Part shown: positions 31,191 through 41,754 of the stretch, one piece after another
Layout of the letters: each line of letters begins with the position of its first letter
Position numbering within the stretch: the first letter of the stretch is position 1
NCBI GenBank assembly: GCA_000004985.1
Contig: GG738876.1
From: Naegleria gruberi
Taxonomy: Eukaryota
Length of the DNA: 64,000 bases
Strand: one strand, 5' to 3'
Notes under the pieces: generated by a model
Told to the model about the DNA's origin: nothing
Seen by the model: only the letters and a program-made list of their open reading frames with translations
The model's database searches: none
Made by a program: the position numbers and the translations under genes

Positions 31191-32909
31191 ATGGCTCATT
31201 TAGAAAAGGCTGTCGTCATCGAAGATGATGTAAATCACGAACAACAACAAACCGAAGAAGAATTCGACTCTGCTGACTGGGCTGTTAGTACCAAGAAACA
31301 AAGAGGAGGTAGAAAACAAAAAGGTGTAGCACCAACATCAGTTCAAAATACAGTTTTTGGTTCTTCTATGACTAAGAAGAAACCAACAACCACTACCACT
31401 ACCTCTACTACTTCATCATTTAGCGGAAATTTGAAGAAGAAGACACCAACCGATAAGAAATCAACATTCTCTACCGATAAAACCATTCATCCACCTCACT
31501 ACACACACGAAAGAAGCGTTGAAATACCAGCTAGAGTTGATCCACGTTTCCTTGTCGGAGAAAAGGGTTCTTTCTCTAATGAGGTCAAAAAACAAACTGG
31601 TATTACTTGGTATAGCGTCAAGAATATGAAAGTTGTCATTGGTGGTGCTTCCGAGGAAAGTGTTGCCAAGGCTGAAGAATTAGTTATTGGTAGATTGAAC
31701 ACTTTCTCCATGACTCACTTCTCTGAAACTTTCAGTACTTTGGTCATTCCAGAACTTAAAGAACAATTAGATTCTGAAGATTCTGAAATTGAAAATATTG
31801 GTACTGAATATGATATTGTCTTGAAGCCATTCACTTCATTGGCTGTTTACTCAAGTCAACCAAACCACACTTTCAAGAGAATGGTTTTGAAGAAGGAAGG
31901 TGATGCCGAAGAAGTTACTGAGGATAAACAAAGCACTGCCACTGATCTCCAAGCATCCGTCATGAATGATGCTCATGATGTTGAAGCTAATGCCAGTGGT
32001 GAACACAACACACATCACAAGGAAATGACTTTGATGAATGAACATACAAAGGCTGACATGTTAGAAAAAATCGCTCACAAACTTGTTGATATTGAAATGA
32101 GAAAGAATGATTCTGAAATTTTGAGTGTTAAAGCTTTATACGGACAATTATTGGCTTTCAAATCTACTAAGGATTCTTTGAAGATTTTTGAATTGTTGGA
32201 ATTGAAGCACGGAAGAGATGTTAAATATCATTTTAACAGAATTGTTGAAGGTTCATTCTATGAAAAGTTGAAGAGTAATCTTAAATACATTCCTGATGAA
32301 GATGCTACCATTGTTGCTATTTACTTTGGAAAGCAAGTTGAAAAGGAAGAAGATGGTCAACAAGTTATGGCTGAAAAGAATGAAACTATCACCTTTGAAG
32401 TTAACAAGTCAACAGGAAAGTTGGAACAAATCAAGAAGAACGAACACACTAGGAATTATTACACTTTGAACTATGTTACTCCAATAACCAAGGGACGAAC
32501 AGAATTGAACGATTTCAAGATTACCATTGCTAGTTATGTTCCAAATGAAGTTGAACAAGACGAAAAGAAGGCAGAAATTGATTCATTCTTGAGTGGATGT
32601 ATTAATACTTGGGATAACCAAAATAATACTCTCAATACTGAATTGTTGAAGAACCCACCAAGCCCTTACAGATTCAAGGGAACTATTGTCAAGTTCAAGA
32701 AACACTACCACTCTGAAGATGGTGCTATCAAGGTTACTCTCCACGAAATTCACGATCTTGATACTAAGGCTATCAACTATGAAGTTGTTGTTGTCAGTGA
32801 AGAACTTTACAGATACTTGGATGACAAGGAACTGAAGCCAGCTGACAAGAAGAAGAAGTATAAGGAAAGTCTCGAAAAGTTGACTGACTGGTTGTTCACA
32901 AACCAATAA
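31191..32909 (+). CDS. Hypothetical 572-aa protein with possible KH-like RNA-binding segment
   Basis: ATG 31191 after caacaacaacaacATGG. The segment IPARVDPRFLVGEKGSFSNEVKKQTGITW resembles a KH core. Confidence 0.5.
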   Translation: MAHLEKAVVIEDDVNHEQQQTEEEFDSADWAVSTKKQRGGRKQKGVAPTSVQNTVFGSSMTKKKPTTTTTTSTTSSFSGNLKKKTPTDKKSTFSTDKTIHPPHYTHERSVEIPARVDPRFLVGEKGSFSNEVKKQTGITWYSVKNMKVVIGGASEESVAKAEELVIGRLNTFSMTHFSETFSTLVIPELKEQLDSEDSEIENIGTEYDIVLKPFTSLAVYSSQPNHTFKRMVLKKEGDAEEVTEDKQSTATDLQASVMNDAHDVEANASGEHNTHHKEMTLMNEHTKADMLEKIAHKLVDIEMRKNDSEILSVKALYGQLLAFKSTKDSLKIFELLELKHGRDVKYHFNRIVEGSFYEKLKSNLKYIPDEDATIVAIYFGKQVEKEEDGQQVMAEKNETITFEVNKSTGKLEQIKKNEHTRNYYTLNYVTPITKGRTELNDFKITIASYVPNEVEQDEKKAEIDSFLSGCINTWDNQNNTLNTELLKNPPSPYRFKGTIVKFKKHYHSEDGAIKVTLHEIHDLDTKAINYEVVVVSEELYRYLDDKELKPADKKKKYKESLEKLTDWLFTNQ

Positions 32910-33038
32910 ATTTACACAACTGCTTGAGTGTTTAATTTATTATCATTTCAATTATCCATTTTTTGTTATCCTATTTCAATTCAGTTTTCAAGTGTGGAGA
33001 ACTTGTGTTCATAGTACTCTGAACTTTAAATCAAAAAA

Positions 33039-33320
33039 ATGACTAACAAGTATAGCCTGCATAGTGACATGAAGATCTTTAGAACTCGTTTATTATTTGT
33101 TGGATGGGTGTTTGTCTTTCTATTCCCACCTGCTGTTCCTTGTCTATTGATGTATTATGAGAAGAGAAAGGTTGAGGCTGAGCACACTGAGACTGGAATT
33201 GGATGTTGTACGAATTATTATTTTGTTTGTGGAATGGTGGATGTTTGTACCATACTGTTGACAATACTAGGTTGGCTTCCTGGTTCAATATTCACAGCAG
33301 TACTATTATCTGGAATATAA
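33039..33320 (+). CDS. Pmp3/UPF0057 (Lti6/RCI2) family small membrane proteolipid with internal insertion, 93 aa
   Basis: Family signature FPPAVP ... ILLTILGWLPGSIFTAVLL. ATG 33039 in the context aaaaaaATG. Confidence 0.55.
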   Translation: MTNKYSLHSDMKIFRTRLLFVGWVFVFLFPPAVPCLLMYYEKRKVEAEHTETGIGCCTNYYFVCGMVDVCTILLTILGWLPGSIFTAVLLSGI

Positions 33321-33553
33321 TCATCTCCAACACAAAATTATACACTCACCCTATGAAAATAATTTGAAGAAAGAATAACAATTTTGAAGAGAATATTTAG
33401 AAAAGAAAATATTGCCATGGAGAACAATTCATAGCAATCATGAAAAAGTACCTTCCGATACCATTTGATCAAGTAATTAATTTGATAATAATAAATATCA
33501 TACGGCAATGATAATTTTAAAAATGATCAAGTATTGGAGATGAACTTAAAAAA

Positions 33554-34867
33554 ATGGAAAAGCAAGAAGAAATAGAAATTACAAACAATAACTTTGATTC
33601 GGAGGAGAGAATGGATCAACGAATGGATCAAGGGAAGGAAGGAATGGCTGATCATTATGGTTCTAGTGAAGATGAAGATACATTGTCTGATCAGTTGGTT
33701 GTTGAAGATGAAGAAGAATATGCTTATTATGATTGGGAAACGGTTGGATCTTCCTTACAAAATCAAGAAGAGGAACTAATTGATTTGTGGATGAGAATTA
33801 ATGATGCCTTTTCCGATAGGAAGAAATCCCTTGTCAACAAGTTTCAAGGAATTTCTAATAATTTGAAAAGAGAATTGGAAAATCAAAAGTTACAACTCAA
33901 ACAAAAGAAGGAAACATTAGTAAGGGAAATGAATCAGCCAGAGAATGTCAAGACCAAGGACAAGTATGCATTTACAATTGGTGTTTTGATTATGGTTTCT
34001 TCAACTTTCCTCTTGGCAAAATATCCCTACCTATTACCAGATTATTACATTGTAATGAGTGTAATTCTGATGGTGATTAGATTCTTTCACTATCATGGAA
34101 TGGGATTCCACTACTTTATGTTAGATTTTTGCTATTTGGCCAACTTTATCTTGATCTTTTATTTGGGATTTTATACAAACAGTCCTCACCTGTTTTTACT
34201 GAACTTTGTAAACAGCAGTGGACCTCTTGCAATTGCCATTGTAATGTGGAGAAATTCATTGGTATTTCATTCGATTGAAAAGGTAACTTCAGTCTTTATA
34301 CACATCTTCCCAGCCATTGTAACATTTGCGTTGAGGTGGTTAATGTTTAATGACAACACTCAAACACCAAAAATTATAACACCAATTGGGGAGAGCTACT
34401 CTATTTGTGTCAATGAAGATTGTTATGTATCATTGGTTGACATTTACGTACCTCACATTTGCTTATTCATATTTTGGCAATTAAGCTATACAATCAAGAC
34501 ACATTTCCTTGACAGAGAATATCTACAAAAACAAAATAATATTCAAACCAGCTACAATTACCTTATCAAGTCTAAAGCGTTCATTCAAACATTGAGTGAC
34601 AAGTTGTATGGAAAGGAACATAGACTTTTAGGATTCATTTCTTTACAATTTTTATTTCATATGTGTACTTTGATTCCTATAAAATTTATGTTTGACCATT
34701 TTTGGGTTCATGTGGCTGTGTTGACAAGTGTATTCTTGGTTTCTGTTTGGAATGGAGCCAACTTTTACTTTGAGAGATTTGCAAAGGTTTATCTTCATGA
34801 CTTGAGAAAGATGGCAGAAAAATTGGAGATGGAAAACAAAGAACAAACTTCAGCAATCACTCAATGA
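33554..34867 (+). CDS. Multi-pass (~8 TM) membrane protein, 437 aa, acidic N-terminus. Possibly a DUF2838/GPC1-like acyltransferase; family uncertain.
   Basis: ATG 33554; hydrophobic helices from residue ~140 onward; coiled-coil linker. Confidence 0.5.
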   Translation: MEKQEEIEITNNNFDSEERMDQRMDQGKEGMADHYGSSEDEDTLSDQLVVEDEEEYAYYDWETVGSSLQNQEEELIDLWMRINDAFSDRKKSLVNKFQGISNNLKRELENQKLQLKQKKETLVREMNQPENVKTKDKYAFTIGVLIMVSSTFLLAKYPYLLPDYYIVMSVILMVIRFFHYHGMGFHYFMLDFCYLANFILIFYLGFYTNSPHLFLLNFVNSSGPLAIAIVMWRNSLVFHSIEKVTSVFIHIFPAIVTFALRWLMFNDNTQTPKIITPIGESYSICVNEDCYVSLVDIYVPHICLFIFWQLSYTIKTHFLDREYLQKQNNIQTSYNYLIKSKAFIQTLSDKLYGKEHRLLGFISLQFLFHMCTLIPIKFMFDHFWVHVAVLTSVFLVSVWNGANFYFERFAKVYLHDLRKMAEKLEMENKEQTSAITQ

Positions 34868-35106
34868 TAGCGACAAGCAATTTGTAGAGATGACATAATT
34901 TTTTCCAATATTATACTTTTCTAGATAGTACGGTTAAAAAAGCCCTTACAATTTGGAGCTGAAGAACTGATTTTTCTTACTAATTCGTCTAATATTTGCC
35001 ATGGCAGGATTTTTCAGTGATTCTCAGGATGATGCGGTGAGGACACTCTGTAAACTTTTATGAATGTACTCAGGAGTTTGACAGATATTAATAATTCAAA
35101 AAGAAC

Positions 35107-36006
35107 ATGTCGACAAGGGTGACTGAAAGTATTCACAGGTTGCTCTCCTCCTTCAGATCTCTTGACTCTCTGTTGGAATCTTCAGGAGTGGAACACAAAC
35201 ACGAATCACTCAATGTTCTCAAAGGTTATCTTGTAAATAGAAGGAATAGCGAATTGATGGAGTGTATTCTCTTCATCAGAAATTGTAATAATAATGTATA
35301 TACTGTAGATAGTTTCATAGAATTTTATAGAGAGTTTATCAATGTAAATAGTAACAAGTCCTTGAATTTACCAAGCCAAGCAATTCAACAAGCTTTTGAT
35401 CTCTATCAACAATTAACCTGTACAAAAGTCATTTCAAATCATCAATTAATTTCACTCAAGATTGAATCAATTATAAAGAATATTTTCAATCTTATTGAGT
35501 ATCAGATAGATATTGAAATATTACCACAATTCAGAAAGTCAACTGAATACAAGACATATATTTTAGAGAAAGTCATCGAGTTGGGAAGTGATAATCCGCA
35601 ACAACCATCTGGTTTATCTTCTTCACAGAGGGGAAGTTGCCATGACTTGACAGCACATTTAGATGATGCACTTTCGGATTCTGATCAAGATCAGCTCGAT
35701 AAGTCAACAACTATCGAACATATGTTAAAGGAGGGTAACATGTTGGAACATCTCAAAGCATTCCAAAAGAAAAAATTAATTCATCTCTATCAGATTAAAG
35801 ACTTTACAACGCAAGATCTAAAAGACAAGATTGGTATTAAAAAGATTGGACATTTGAAAAGAATTGTACGTCTAGTTAATCAACATTTCAATAATAAACC
35901 CAACGATCTTTCATTGTATTGGTTTGGCTCATTCTCTTTTCACATTTTGTTCCTAACATTTCTCATTGAGAAAGAATGTATTCAGTCTCAATTAGATTCT
36001 GATTGA
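35107..36006 (+). CDS. SAM (sterile alpha motif) domain protein, 299 aa
   Basis: C-terminal LKAFQKKKLIHLYQIKDFTTQDLKDKIGIKKIGHLKRIVRLVNQHF resembles a SAM domain. Confidence 0.5.
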   Translation: MSTRVTESIHRLLSSFRSLDSLLESSGVEHKHESLNVLKGYLVNRRNSELMECILFIRNCNNNVYTVDSFIEFYREFINVNSNKSLNLPSQAIQQAFDLYQQLTCTKVISNHQLISLKIESIIKNIFNLIEYQIDIEILPQFRKSTEYKTYILEKVIELGSDNPQQPSGLSSSQRGSCHDLTAHLDDALSDSDQDQLDKSTTIEHMLKEGNMLEHLKAFQKKKLIHLYQIKDFTTQDLKDKIGIKKIGHLKRIVRLVNQHFNNKPNDLSLYWFGSFSFHILFLTFLIEKECIQSQLDSD

Positions 36007-36332
36007 TTCTCAAGGTTTTACGATAATTCCTTCCCATTGAACGTTGATATATATTTAAGTAAATAATTCAATTCAAAACTCTCCAAATATTTCATTGTAA
36101 TGGCCAGCTCATTCCAAATCTCAAATGTCTTTCCTTATAAAGGGAGATTTCTGGATGCCCCTAATTACCTTTCTCTACAAATTCAATAAAACGGTAAAAT
36201 CTATTTATTAATACATTATAGAAACTAGATGTATTTACTATTTCACTCCAAAGACCAAATACAAATTGATTCAATTCTGCCTTAAATAGTTCGATTTCCA
36301 GCAAACTATTAGAAAACAACAAAAAAAACAAA

Positions 36333-37310
36333 ATGAAAACAAGTTTAATTATTGCAGCAATTGCAATTCTACTCTTCATTGCAGTTGTACAAGCAACTGA
36401 CAGCTATGCTCCAAAGCCTGACAGTTATGCTCCAAAGCCAGACAGTTACAAGCCACCTGTTAAGAGAGTGTGCAAGAAGAAATGTGTTGCTCACAAGTAT
36501 GTCAATGGAAAGTGTTTGAAACATAAGATTGTTGGTCAAAAGAAGGTCTGTGATAAGTATGCTATTGTTGGTGCTGGAAAATGCTTGAAATACAAAAAGT
36601 TCTCCAAGTGTGACAAGTACAGTAAGCCAATTAAGAAGTGTGTTAAGCATGCATACAAGAAGACTACTTGTGCTAAGAAGAAGTACTGGAAGGTTTGCGA
36701 TTCTTATGGAAGTAAGAAGGTCTGTGCTAAGAAGGCAAGCAAGAAGTATTGTGCCAAGTATGAAAATGTCACCAAGTGTGTCAAACATGCTACCAAGAAG
36801 GTCTGTAAGAAATTCAAGAAGGTTCCAATTAAGAAGTGTGAAAAGAAGAAGGTCTGTGACAAGTACACCACTGATTCATATGCTCCAGCCAAGTGCAAAT
36901 ATGTTAAGAAGTGTAAGGTTGTCTCCTATGCTAAGAAGTGTTGTCAATATAAGAAGATTAAGTATTGTAAGCAAAAGAAGACTTTCAAGAAGTGTTGTCA
37001 ATATAAGACTAAGCATTATTGTGCCAAGCATAAGACTATCAAATTCTGTAAGCACAAGAAGACTTTGAGCAAGTGTATCAAGTACAATAAGAAGAAGTAC
37101 TGTTGTCAATATAAGACCATTCCTTCCAAGTGTATCCATAAGAAGCATTGGAAGAAGTGTGTTAAAAAGTCAAAGGGAAAGAGAATTTGTAAGAAGCACA
37201 AGTTGACTGGTGGAAAGAAGGTCTGTAAGAAGTATGCTCAAAAGAAGGTCTGTGCTAAGAGAAAGAAGGTCTGTAAGAAGGTTGACTCTTATTTTGGTAA
37301 GAAGTGGTAA
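36333..37310 (+). CDS. Secreted, extremely basic Lys/Cys-rich repeat protein, 325 aa, novel
   Basis: Signal peptide MKTSLIIAAIAILLFIAVVQA. Then three TDSYAPKPDSYAPKPDSYKPP repeats (18-bp DNA repeats at 36398..36457). Then ~280 aa of K(K)VC/KKC/CCQYK motifs (~45 Cys, ~90 Lys). The DNA motif aagaaggtctgt recurs at least 7 times. Confidence 0.7.
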   Translation: MKTSLIIAAIAILLFIAVVQATDSYAPKPDSYAPKPDSYKPPVKRVCKKKCVAHKYVNGKCLKHKIVGQKKVCDKYAIVGAGKCLKYKKFSKCDKYSKPIKKCVKHAYKKTTCAKKKYWKVCDSYGSKKVCAKKASKKYCAKYENVTKCVKHATKKVCKKFKKVPIKKCEKKKVCDKYTTDSYAPAKCKYVKKCKVVSYAKKCCQYKKIKYCKQKKTFKKCCQYKTKHYCAKHKTIKFCKHKKTLSKCIKYNKKKYCCQYKTIPSKCIHKKHWKKCVKKSKGKRICKKHKLTGGKKVCKKYAQKKVCAKRKKVCKKVDSYFGKKW

Positions 37311-37417
37311 GGTGAAGGAGATGAAACAATTTTGAAAATTTTGTAATTTTGAAATGAAATAGTGAGAATAAATGTGTTCACCTTAATATATATTCGAAAT
37401 GATCATATCATGCTTCT

Positions 37418-37913
37418 CTAATCAATAATTGATTGTAAACTTTGTAAATGAGCCTCAATTCGAGAAGATTTCTTTTTCATATCTTCAATTTCCTTATTAA
37501 ATTGTTCAGTGAGAGGTTCCACTAGCATCATTTGTGATTTTTCAAATCGGAGTCGTATTGTTTTTTTCTCATTCTCTAGTGAACTAATTACTTTTTGAAT
37601 GGTGGCATGATTTTTTTTGGATTTGATGATTTCCTCTTGTTTTAATTCGAATAGTTCGAGAAGGTTCATTTTGGCGACTGTGTAATTCTCTGCTCGAATG
37701 ATCGTGAATGATTTTAAGTGGTACTTTCACAATAATTACAATTAATTTCGAATAACCTTCCAGCAGATTCCTCCAAAATATTTCGGAATTAATTAATTGA
37801 TCGTGAGTTGATTTGTCGATAGAGAGAATACTTCCAAGATGTTTCACGGAGAGGAATGTAAATATTTCTATTAGAATTTCTGTTGGTAAAGAGATTGACA
37901 TTTTTTTAAACAT
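37418..37913 (-). CDS. F-box protein, two exons: join(37913..37740, 37687..37418), ~147 aa
   Basis: Exon 1 contains the F-box LPTEILIEIFTFLSVKHL. A GTAATT donor at 37739 and a 52-nt intron ending ...gagcagag place exon 2 (track ORF 37418..37669, coiled-coil) in frame. Without splicing, exon 1 reads into a stop. Confidence 0.5.
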
Positions 37914-38076
37914 GAAAACTAACCTAACACGTTCGAAACTTTAATTTTGAAGGTTTGGATGGCTTCATATCATTTTCTTGTCATGGTGATAGAACATGTA
38001 CCAATTTCTTCAAACACATAATAAACATTTCGTTTTTGTTTCATTGAAATCATAAAGATCTCAAGTACTTAGTTTT

Positions 38077-40014
38077 TTAAAGCTCCTTTTTAATGAAAAC
38101 TGAATGATAGGAACGAAATGGATTTCTAATATCTTGATTTCTTCTATAAGAAGATGATGAGGATGTTTGTTGTGATATCTGATCTACATCTTCACTATAG
38201 TCCACTTCAAATCCATATAATTTTTCACCATCTTGATATTTGAGAGAGCTAATGAGATTGGACCACTCTTCTCTAGATCTATATTCTGCATAGTATTCAG
38301 TGCAAAAATTTGGCATTTCTCTAGGAGAAGACCAAACCATAGAGTACAGTCCGTGCATAATGTCCAACACGAGTGAAATCTCTGTGGGTGTGCAATCGTG
38401 TTCTCTAATAATGAATACACCACCAGGTTCTAAAACTCTGTGAATTTCCTTGATGGTCTCCTCTACATTCTTAATGTGATGAAGAGACATAAGGGCTACC
38501 ACAAGAGAAAACGAATTAGACTCATAGGGAAGCTTATTATTATCCTCACTGATGAGTGTAAAGGTAAATCCTGTTGTGTAACTCTTTCCAATATCTCTGA
38601 CATCGCAGCCGTGAATGTTTTCCTTACTTAATCCCAATTCAGTACCAACTACAGCAGTAATGGATCCTTCTGAACATCCAATGTCTAACATGTTTCTTAT
38701 TTTTGCATTGCTTGGAAGAATTTCCTTAATCTTACTCGATCTATTGTTTGCTCTATATGACGTATCAACAGATGAATCAGATGTCATTTTGGTTAAATTC
38801 ACAGGATTTTCTTGAAGATATTCACGTGATTTGAATATTTCGTTCTGAAACAAGTTGTAAAGTTGATCATAAATTTCCTGATCCTTCTCGTATTGTTCTA
38901 TAATTTTTCCAATCTTGTTTTGTACAATTTCTTGTTGCTTGAAACATTTCCTGAGCATTTGTTTTGAAAGAATTTGAATAAATCTCTTCTTGATATCTCC
39001 AGCAGAATTGAACCAAACATAACTGAATTGTTTTTGGGAGAGTACAGTTGGAAGACCATTCTTATCCAAATCCGTTTCCTTATCTGTATCTGATTCGAGA
39101 ATTGGCAATATAGCTACCATTGTATGGCCATCTTGAATGTTTCTATTTTCAATGATTTTTCTCGTTTTGCATTTTCCCTCTATTTGTTTCACCAGAGCTT
39201 CTGATTCTTCGTCTCTACCTCTGAAAATAAGTAAGGGACATTCTAAATCTTCCAAAATCTCTCTACTCATTTCACAAAGTGAATTAGTTTTGTCCTCAGC
39301 AGATTCGAATAATTTTGTCTTTGAAAAGAGGTCAATGTCAACATATATTATAGATTTGAAATATTCTACTTTTGAGTAGGATTCCCTCATCCAATCCATG
39401 AAATCCTGATTTACACAATTTACCAAATCATTAAATTTGAAGGATTTCAAATTATCTTTCAAACATTCAAATATTTCTCTATTATTTTCTACAGCCACAA
39501 TATTATCAAAGGATCCACTCTTTCTAATTAATAATAAACTTGTAGCTCCAACTCCAGCAAAACCATCTATAAGAGTATTCTTACTTCTACTCTTCTTTGA
39601 ATAGCTGAGTAATGGACAATTTTCATCTCTTACATCCAAAATCCAATTCATCATTAAAAGTTGTGATTCTTCTGGAACGAAACTCTTATAATCCAAACCA
39701 GCCAACTTGGCTAATTTATAATCACGGAATGGAAAGGCATCCTCCAAGTCTCTACATTTACTTGCTCCAATTTTATTCCTCTTATTGTAACTTCCTCTAT
39801 CATTGTGATGAGAAGATGATGAAGAAGAGTAATTCTGTTTCTTTCCATCATGATTATATTCATCTTTATTGTATTTTCCATAATCATCATAATTTCTCTT
39901 CTTATTGTAGGAACCATATGATGATGTCGAGTAATTATTCTTGTTATTACTTCGTCCCGAGGAATTATTGTATGAAGAATTGGATGATGAATTGTGATGA
40001 TAATTTCTTCTCAT
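38077..40014 (-). CDS. Bifunctional-looking SAM-dependent methyltransferase, 645 aa. It has a Tgs1/Trm-like N-terminal MTase domain plus a second C-terminal class-I MTase domain.
   Basis: N-terminal domain: IDGFAGVGATSLLLI...IVAVENN...NCVNQDFMDWM (motifs I, post-I and IV). C-terminal domain: LDIGCSEGSIT...HGCDV...LEPGGVFIIREHD (motif I and post-II). N-terminus is an S/N/Y-rich tail. Confidence 0.65.
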   Translation of the reverse strand: MRRNYHHNSSSNSSYNNSSGRSNNKNNYSTSSYGSYNKKRNYDDYGKYNKDEYNHDGKKQNYSSSSSSHHNDRGSYNKRNKIGASKCRDLEDAFPFRDYKLAKLAGLDYKSFVPEESQLLMMNWILDVRDENCPLLSYSKKSRSKNTLIDGFAGVGATSLLLIRKSGSFDNIVAVENNREIFECLKDNLKSFKFNDLVNCVNQDFMDWMRESYSKVEYFKSIIYVDIDLFSKTKLFESAEDKTNSLCEMSREILEDLECPLLIFRGRDEESEALVKQIEGKCKTRKIIENRNIQDGHTMVAILPILESDTDKETDLDKNGLPTVLSQKQFSYVWFNSAGDIKKRFIQILSKQMLRKCFKQQEIVQNKIGKIIEQYEKDQEIYDQLYNLFQNEIFKSREYLQENPVNLTKMTSDSSVDTSYRANNRSSKIKEILPSNAKIRNMLDIGCSEGSITAVVGTELGLSKENIHGCDVRDIGKSYTTGFTFTLISEDNNKLPYESNSFSLVVALMSLHHIKNVEETIKEIHRVLEPGGVFIIREHDCTPTEISLVLDIMHGLYSMVWSSPREMPNFCTEYYAEYRSREEWSNLISSLKYQDGEKLYGFEVDYSEDVDQISQQTSSSSSYRRNQDIRNPFRSYHSVFIKKEL

Positions 40015-40089
40015 TTTTTTTAATAATTAAAAATAGAAATTATTTACAAAATTAAATAATTAAAAGTAAAATAAATATTATAAAATGTA

Positions 40090-41754
40090 TTATATCAAAT
40101 TAACGTAGGATTTCTTTCTATAAATTCTACAATAAATAGTGGTCACTGAAATGATTAGTCCAGCCACCAGTAAAGCTCCAATTATACTAAACGAAACTGA
40201 AAGAGGAACAACTAGATCATTCACTGGACTTGGAGTATAAACTTGGAATGAGAATGAACACTGCTCAGATGGATCAGTACTTGAACATTGCAAAAGGAAT
40301 GCGATATTTTTGGTGGTTTCTGAAATTGGTAAGTTGAATTTTCTCTTTTCTTGTTTTGGTAATAAGGTAAACTTTTCTGAAAAGCTAACAGGAGATGGCA
40401 ATGGAATGCTATCATAAACATCATCTTGGATATAAATTTCCAGTTTTGTTTCATCAGATTTTGAGAGGGTATTGAAATTACCTTCCATAACGAGCTTTCT
40501 TGAATTTGAGATTGGAATTGCAAAGTAAATATTTTCTCCCACCTTGATAGTACCATTGATTTGTTCGTAAACTTTGTGGATGACCGGGGATGGTTTGAAT
40601 TCTGTTTGACCCATGATTGATAGGACAGTTTGATTCTTAATTGGATTCAATTCGAATTGCAAAATTTCAGATGTGTTGGAGGCAAGTTTAGTATAGCTAG
40701 ATTCGTAAAAGACTCCTTCGAATTGTGTAGCTACCAATAAACTATCATCTAGTAAATTCACTTGTTTTCCATTAATATCTGTTCTTGTGTTGTTAATCGA
40801 TTCAAAAGTATACTTGATGGTAAGTCTTGAAATATAATCTGGAATATTTGCTGTTCCATTATCTGTTTTGAAAGTGAATGAAAATGCATCCAGGAAGATA
40901 TACTCTCGATTTCTAAAACGGTGGAATTTCATATCTTTGGAATTGTAAGGGTTAAGATTAAATTGAATTGGAATGCTTGGTTGTGAAAATAATAATCTCA
41001 TTCTTCTATCAGGAAATTGAGTGAGTGGCAATGAGAAGGAAGAATGATAGGATAAATCAACATTCTCTCCCATTTGAATTTCCTTCTCAATTGGCTTACT
41101 ATTAGACACAATTTGAATAGTAATATTTTCAATGTTCCATTTTTCAAGTGCACCCAAATCAAATTGCAAACCATCTTTGAAACTGGAAGAATCTATTATT
41201 TCCTCCTTGTTTCTTACTAGAATTCTCATAGATTTTGGATCCACATTCAATACACCAATTTTATCCCAAACAATAAAACCCATTGTCACATTGTGTGAAT
41301 TATTGAAAGATTCCCTCGGGAAGTAAAATTCATACGAATCCATCAAGTAATAAGTCGAGTTATCAATCATTGAAAAGCATCTCCCTTCACAATTCTTTGT
41401 CGCCTCAAATTCAATGATTGGTTCGGAACTGTTTCCTTCAGGAATTGGAGCTGCAAAGATCAAATTGACACCAGCCAACTCTGACAAGGCAGATGGTAAG
41501 AAGAATAATTCACTCAGTGCCGTTTCATTATTAACACGAAACCATTTTGAAACTCTGCCCAACTCGCCAATATTACACGAATCAGCCTTCACCATATTAT
41601 CCATTCCATTCACTATCATCATCAGCAGCACTATTGCAATCATCAACATGCTTGAAATCACAGAATGCTTTCCCAATCGGTGATAATCAACTAGAGCACG
41701 ATTATTTCCTCTTCTTCTTGTTACAGCAGCTGCTCCGTTAAAATCTTGAATCAT
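40090..41754 (-). CDS. N-glycosylated single-ectodomain membrane protein with N-terminal signal-anchor and C-terminal TM, ~554 aa. The track start 41760 is TTG; the real ATG is at 41754.
   Basis: Hydrophobic segment ISSMLMIAIVLLMMIV; more than 15 NxS/T sequons; C-terminal LVVPLSVSFSIIGALLVAGLIISV followed by a basic tail. Confidence 0.55.
   Translation of the reverse strand: MIQDFNGAAAVTRRRGNNRALVDYHRLGKHSVISSMLMIAIVLLMMIVNGMDNMVKADSCNIGELGRVSKWFRVNNETALSELFFLPSALSELAGVNLIFAAPIPEGNSSEPIIEFEATKNCEGRCFSMIDNSTYYLMDSYEFYFPRESFNNSHNVTMGFIVWDKIGVLNVDPKSMRILVRNKEEIIDSSSFKDGLQFDLGALEKWNIENITIQIVSNSKPIEKEIQMGENVDLSYHSSFSLPLTQFPDRRMRLLFSQPSIPIQFNLNPYNSKDMKFHRFRNREYIFLDAFSFTFKTDNGTANIPDYISRLTIKYTFESINNTRTDINGKQVNLLDDSLLVATQFEGVFYESSYTKLASNTSEILQFELNPIKNQTVLSIMGQTEFKPSPVIHKVYEQINGTIKVGENIYFAIPISNSRKLVMEGNFNTLSKSDETKLEIYIQDDVYDSIPLPSPVSFSEKFTLLPKQEKRKFNLPISETTKNIAFLLQCSSTDPSEQCSFSFQVYTPSPVNDLVVPLSVSFSIIGALLVAGLIISVTTIYCRIYRKKSYVNLI

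Noticed and set aside
36161-37148. Track ORFs 36161..36379(-), 36369..36788(-), 36610..37068(+), 36704..36898(-) and 36876..37148(-) overlapping the Lys/Cys-rich gene
   Set aside because: Same cause: the AAG/AAGAAG-rich repeats leave other frames and the antisense strand open. Only the 36333 frame has an ATG in A-rich context, a signal peptide and a consistent Cys pattern.
37584-37740. C-terminal tail of track ORF 37584..37913 (…LIVIIVKVPLKIIHDHSSRELHSRQNEPSRTIRIKTRGNHQIQKKSCHHSKSN)
   Set aside because: It is intron read-through. A GTAATT donor immediately after the F-box exon and an AG 52 nt downstream place the coiled-coil ORF 37418..37669 in frame instead.
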